A DNA stretch of 64,000 nt from a virus, in IMG/VR virus record IMGVR_UViG_3300000301_000012, positions 1-64,000 of that record. One strand, written 5' to 3'. How positions within the stretch are numbered: the first letter of the stretch is position 1; each line of letters begins with the position of its first letter. The translations under genes and the position numbers were made by a program. This document shows, one piece after another, positions 58,001 to 64,000 of the stretch. Under the pieces are notes generated by a model. The model was given only the letters and a program-made list of their open reading frames with translations. It had not been told where the DNA came from and ran no database searches.

Positions 58001-58645
58001 AGAACTTCCACTACAAGAAATAGTAACTGTATCTCCATCATAAACTGTAGAAGGAGATATTTCTATATTAGTAGGAGCTTTACTTTTTGTATAAATGGGA
58101 GTGGGGTCTGATTGCTTTGGTAAAGTTAATGTTACATTACCATTACTATCAACATTAACCCCACTGTGACTAGTTAATCCATGTGAGTCATGAAAATAAG
58201 TACTCGCATAAGGAAGAGTCATATAAGTTAAAAAACTAGATATCTTATGAGAAGTAGGAGGGGGATTACAAAATCCTGCTAAAATTGATATAGTTTTACT
58301 AGAAGTTGATGTATAAGTAAAACTATGTGTAACAGCTGGAAAATTAACCCATCCATTACCAATCTCATAAGGTCCATTTCCCCCATCTTCTCCAGAAGTA
58401 TTCTTATTATGAACCTATTTTTTAATACCATTTATTGTAATATAATCGCTTCCATATGGATTATCTCCTTTTCCATACCAAGTAGGTCCATAATTATCAT
58501 AACGTCTTACAGACATTGTTGTAGTAAAAGTCGCAGTAGTAGTAGTACCACTTGTGCTAAGCGAATATGAGCCTGCAATTTTAAAGCCCATATTTGCCGT
58601 AGCGTCATTATCTCTATACCAAACTTCAACTGAATAATTAGGCAT
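55097..58645 (-). CDS. large structural / host-recognition protein, 1182 codons (20 in-frame TAG)
   Basis: AAAGGAGTG lies before the ATG at 58645. Five track ORFs share this frame. I walked every gap: 20 TAG and no TAA or TGA until TAA at 55099-55097. Confidence 0.85.
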
Positions 58646-58658
58646 TTAATCACTCCTT

Positions 58659-61600
58659 TTACTCCTAAACATATAAATCGTATCCAATTAATTGACCATT
58701 ATCATTTCGAATAGCTCGATATTCAATTATATCTTGTAATAATAAATTTTCATTAAAATAAACATTAGTATTAAATCTTGACTAATTACGATTAAAAGTA
58801 ACTGTTGTAATATCAGTCGCAGTTGAATCAATAATATTAATACCATTATTATAATTTAAATACATCTAATAATCTAGTCCAGAAATAGTAGAAGGTAAAC
58901 CATTATTAGTAAAACCTATTCTATTTGGCTAAATAACAAGAAGATTACTAATATCTTCCGTCTAATTATAAATTAATGCTATTGGCATTATAACTGTAGA
59001 ATCATTTCTAACTGTAAAATTTGAACCTACATATAAATTTGAATTTAAAGTTAACCCCTAATCGGTTAAACTCATTCTCTAAATGCCATTATTAGTAAAA
59101 TTAATACCATAAGCAACATCTTGAATATTTAGCGCAGCATTTGTGTAATCTCCATTACTATCTTTAGCATATCCTGTTATTGTTGCTGTTTTTATTTCAG
59201 CCGCGGTTATAGTTGCATCAGTAATAATTGTACCCTAGAAATAACCGCTACCAGCGTAAAGATTTCCATAAGTATCAACTCTAAAACGAGCATTTTCAAT
59301 ATCTTCTACTGAATCACTATCTGCACCAGCCCATAATAGAATATTTCCTCGTCTATCAGCAGGAAAATTAGAATTTTTTTCCATAGCTTCTGATTCAGTG
59401 TTTATACCAGAAGAATAATTTATTCCATTCGCTATCATAGAACCCTTTAAAAGAACATTATCAGCATATAATCCATATTTGCCAGATAAACTACCGTATG
59501 TTTCTGGAATATTAGGAATCTAACCTAAAATAACTCTAGGAATAATATTTACATTTCCTTCTAAATCATAAGTTGAGGCTGATTCAATTTGAAGTTCAAA
59601 AAGAGATAAGGCATTTCCAGTAACTAAATTAGAATTTTTAGAGCTATTAATTCCAATTCCAATATCTCCTGTTTTACCAAAATCTACAAAAGGTAATCCT
59701 ATAAAATTATAATTTGTTAAATTAGAACTATTTAATAGTTCAATTTCCGCACCATCTTCTCCATTTAGCTCTCCAGTTGTATCATCAATTTCAAAAATAC
59801 CTTCAGCGAAAGCTATTTCAAACATACTTTCTGTTAAAGCATTTCCATATCCAATTTTACAGTAGTCCCCTGTTGAAAAGCCATTTCGATTTTCAATAGT
59901 AATAAAAACATTTCCATTTTCTTCTTTTCTAACAGTTTTAATTATTGAACTAGGGCGAACTATTAAAATACCACCTACAGCCTAAATATTAGAATATTCT
60001 AATACAGAAGATTTAATAGAACCTCTAGCTATAATATTATTAAAAATAGCTGAATCAGAATTTATATTCCATCCTGAATTAGTATTATAATTTGCAGATT
60101 GAATAGATTCTGCTACTCCATTTAAAATAATTCCCGTTGTTTCACTACCTAATCTTAATATTCCATCAGATGTAACTACAAAACTATTTATTAGTTCATT
60201 TAAAGAATTAATCTAATTTATTAATAAGAAAGCATTAGATGGAATTTTATTAGTTTCTTTTAATTCAGAATCTAAACTATTTACACTACTTGGATTAAAA
60301 ATCCAAGTATTATTTCCTAATCTTATATAATTTTTAATAGTTGCATAATCTCCTAAAGTAATAGTATTAGCAACTATTTCACCAGAGCTAGAAATAAAGA
60401 AACCTGAATTACTATCTGAGGTATAATTATTTATATAAATACCCTAATACTAATTTTGAATTTCTATAGTAGGATTTTCATACCAATTTGAAGTTGAAGG
60501 ATTTACTAAATTATTAAGATTTACACTTATATATTCTTCTTCCTACAAAATATAATAATTTTTATTTATATTTAATGTTGTATCCTAAGATAAAGTATAA
60601 TCTTCACCATTAAATTCATAGTAATTACTTAAAGATGGATTAATTAAAGTAGAAAAATCTACTTGAATATATTCTTCTTCAAATAAAGTATAGTATTTTT
60701 TTTCAAAATCAATTGAAGTATCTTTAGAAAGAATATAATTTGAAGTATCAATTTGTTCAATAATGTCTCTACCATCTATAATAATATTACCTACCAATAA
60801 CTAGCCATCAATATTTAAATTTCCTAAAGTTCCATTAACAGCATTTACTGTACCATTAAAAGTACCATCAGTAGCATTTACTGTACCATTGAAGGTACCA
60901 TTATTAGCATAAATAGTCCCTTCTATAATTAAATCTCCATTATCATCAGCATATAAAACTCTTTCTTCATTATTATTTAAGATAGATAATCCACCATTCT
61001 AAATTGTAAGTCCATCAATATTAAATTCTAATTTAGTATTTTGAATTGCTGCATTTATACCTGCCGCGTTTAATTCAAAAATTGCCATATCCTCTGTAGA
61101 ACCAAATCTAATTTCAATAGGAGAAACTACTAAAATTTGCTCAGTATTAGGCTAAAACGCTTTAAATCTAATTACAGTTTCCTATGTTCTAATAATATCT
61201 CTAATTTTTTGCCATTTCTTGTCTTCAATTTCACTTGTCGCAGAACAATAATCCTATATATTAAAAATATATCTATTCTCATTTTCAATAGTATCTTGAA
61301 CTATATAATACCCTATATAATCATTCATACTCAACCATTCATTTTCATTATTGTCATAAACTTCAAAAATGGCATCATACTAATTAAAACCCATATTTAA
61401 ACTATTATTATCATAGTATAAACTAAGTGATATTATTAACTAAGAAGGAGAAAATATTGTATTTATCTCCTAGGTTTCAGAATTAATTTCCTTAAATTTT
61501 AATATTCTTTCTTGATTAAAATTTACGATGTATCTTCTTTGAGAAATCGCAGAACCATCCTCGCCCTTAACTTTATTCCAAGTATAAGCAGATTTATCAG

Positions 61601-64000
61601 TCGGCGCAGTCTCAGAGGGACCAGTATAAATTCCCATATAAATATTAGGAGTATCACTAAAATCAGTACCATCAGGATAAGCAGAATATTTAATATGAAC
61701 ATAAGTCTATTCTCCAGATTCTCCTGGCTTACCTTGCGCGCCGTCTGCAACAGTGTTAATAGTTAAGTAAGAAGTATAATTTTCTCCATCTGTTCCACTT
61801 ACAACTAAGCGAATAAAATATGTTCCGTTAGTATTAAATTTATCTTTATGAGCTTCATAATTAAATATATACTAACTTCCAGATCCAGATAAGATTTCCC
61901 ACTAATCAAAATCATTACTACCAGACCAAGTATAAGCAGTATCTCCTGCTACTTGAACATTACTTAAACGAGCAGTTAAAGTCAAAGACTCTGGACTTGC
62001 CACTCCATCTTTAAGTTTAAAAAATTCTCCTTCTAGCGATTGAATTGTAACATTCTTTCCAATCTACCCAATATTATTAATATCTTCGATTGTCATATTA
62101 CCAATTTTACCGCCAGTAGCATAGATAGTACCAGTTAATTCTACTCTATCAGCTTTTAATAAACCATTATCATATATAGCAACAGTTTCAATATTTTCCT
62201 GGTCTTTTACAGAGAAAATTTTAGAATAATCTTTTAAGCTATCATCAGTTGTAATTTCTCCATCTTCAGTATAGCTTTCAATTACACCAATCTAAGCTCT
62301 ATAACGATAAGTGTCTGATATATCTGGACCAATAAATAATTTCTACTTTAAGAATAATTGACCATCATCATCAGTAACCATTACTGGCGCGCCGTCACTA
62401 TCTGAAAATCTTATACCAAATAAATCTTGACCTAATCGACCAATCTTTATTCTTTCAGTTCCTTGTCCATCAATAACCTAAATATCATTTTCAGAATCAA
62501 TAGTTATATATCCCTATTCATCTGGCGCAACATTTCCATAATTACTCTTCAAGAAGAAGCCATCCCAAGTAAAGCCAAAATCAGCATTATTTCTAATTTC
62601 TTCTTCGCTTTCTGGAGTAAAATCCTAATTTCCTCGCATACCATAGATACCATACTGGTCAAAACGAACAAATTCTCCAAAATTAAAAAATTCTGCTTCT
62701 CCTTGGTCATTTCTCGTAAATCTATAGGCATTGATACCTCTTTCATCCCATCTAAAGGCACTAAAAGAACCACTTAAAATATGAATTCGAGAAGCATCAA
62801 TTTGTCCAGAAGTTATATGATTAGCATTTATACCATTACCAGTAATACCAGCATTCCAAGTATCTCCACCATTTGTGCTTAAAAAGATACCACCACTAAC
62901 CAATCTAACAATTTCATTTGGTTTAGATAAACTAGTAATAATCATACCATTATCGTTCCAAACAACACTTTGGTCCTTAGCATTACTAATGATTAAAGAG
63001 TTATTTGCAAAGCTATTCTAAAGAGTTTGAACTTTTATTTCTCCATTTGTATTTATAATATCGGATACCTTTCCATACTCACCACTTTTATACTCAATAG
63101 ATTGAGTAGTTGCAGTAATACGTTGAAATAAATCTTCAAACTGAGTTTTATAATTCTAAACAGTAATTTTATTTGATTCTGGAGAATCAAGACTATAGCT
63201 AATCTCAGAAATAACGATTTCTTCTTTATATGGAGTTTTCATACCATTTTTAACTACCCAGCCAAAAAATTCAGTATCTTCCATATAAGTAATATCGCCT
63301 AAGGCAAAATGATAATTTTCAAAACCAGGCATTTCACTTATTTCTAAAACATTTATTGTATAACTTATCTAAGGCGAGGCAGAAGTATATAACAAAGCTT
63401 CAGCATCAAGATAATATAAATTATCATCAATATAATCTTCGGAAATCCAAGAACCTTCCTAAATAAAACGAGAATATTTTTTATAAAATATTTTATTTAA
63501 TTCATTTTTCTATTCTGCAATACTATCAAGATAATTTTCAATATTTTCTAATTTTCCTTGATATTCTTGTAAATTAGCTTCAGCCTAAGACCATAAAGCA
63601 TTAAATCTATCAGTCTATCCAGATAAAGTTTTTATAGCAGTTATATATTCTCTAACCTTATCATTTACTAACCATTTTGCAGCTTCTGAATTATTATTAG
63701 TAAAATCTTCATAAGCAAAACCAGTATAAGCCTTTAGCTCATTTTTATTAGTAGTTAAACTTGCTTCGGCTTCTTGTGCTGCTACTTCATAAGTTTGTAC
63801 TTGAGCTTCAAGATTTGTAATGGTATTTTCAATTTCAGACTATTGTTCAATATAAGAATCTCTATCTTTATTTAGATTTCTTAATTTAACATAATATCCT
63901 AAATATCCACCAGCATCTAGGTATAAATCATTACTGACCTAAGTGTAATCTAGTAAGCCCTGTTGAATATAATGTTTAAAATTATATAGGAAATTTTCTT
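58659..64000 (-). CDS. giant tail-associated host-specificity protein (Tal/PblB-like), at least 1780 codons, start beyond window (41 in-frame TAG)
   Basis: The frame ending at TAA 58661-58659 has no TAA or TGA up to the window edge (every codon outside the track ORFs walked). The segment GGIFLSTNGGDTWNAGITGNGINANHITSGQIDASRI is typical of siphovirus tail-tip/antireceptor proteins. Confidence 0.8.

Noticed and set aside
18831-62777. Antisense or out-of-frame track ORFs inside large genes (e.g. 18831-19022, 20261-20533, 22389-22745, 29273-29497, 32171-32557, 46601-46852, 47588-47857, 50261-50530, 57590-57796, 58325-58570, 61137-61400, 61512-61766, 61523-61750, 62463-62777, 62549-62773)
   Set aside because: Each lies within a well-supported gene on the other strand or in another frame. 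Their translations are repetitive and Ile/Leu/Ser/Phe-rich, as expected from AT-rich antisense sequence.
1-64000. TGA or TAA reassignment (code 4-like, or a fully stopless code)
   Set aside because: TGA and TAA terminate every gene whose end I checked. Examples are TGA at 17052, 45675, 5771 and 41867, and TAA at 16120, 55097 and 58659. Neither codon occurs in frame inside the long TAG-containing ORFs.

Overview
Almost the whole window is an AT-rich tailed-phage genome segment with Firmicutes-style AGGAGG ribosome-binding sites. It reads TAG as a sense codon, most likely Gln (a code-15-like reassignment). All gene ends I checked are TAA or TGA.

Layout:
- 1-1960: a visibly GC-richer block of small phage-type genes (minus strand).
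- 2022-12277: a minus-strand tRNA and tRNA-like array. It holds 17 canonical tRNAs, an amber-suppressor tRNA(CUA), a tRNA-Leu(UAA) with a group I intron, two tRNAs whose anticodon loops carry tRNA-shaped inserts, homing-endonuclease ORFs, a circularly permuted tRNA-like RNA, a covarying hairpin family, and structured non-coding blocks of about 525, 340 and 230 nt. An RlaP-type nucleotidyltransferase and a Ro60-like TROVE/vWA protein bracket the array.
- 12390-12842: a holin-like gene containing an in-frame TAG.
- 12977-16079 (plus strand): GT2 glycosyltransferase, P-loop kinase, ATP-dependent ligase.
- 16120-23271 (minus strand): a tail-fibre paralogue cassette.
- 23342-51421 (plus strand): replication and nucleotide-metabolism module. 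It contains a UvrD-like helicase, a type II topoisomerase, an SSB-like protein, a Sak4-like ATPase, DnaB, primase, a RecJ-like protein, a methyltransferase, DnaE, NrdDG, a ThyX-like protein, dUTPase and RuvC. Group I introns carrying GIY-YIG genes split the topoisomerase B-subunit gene and dnaE.
- 51462-64000 (minus strand): late genes, including a 1182-codon ORF and an ORF of at least 1780 codons that are open only if TAG is translated.

A second genome-wide oddity is a strong excess of GC-only palindromes (GCGCGC, GGCGCGCC, CCGCGCGCGG, CGCGGCCGCG) in this AT-rich DNA.

All calls come from reading the sequence by eye; no searches or folding programs were run.
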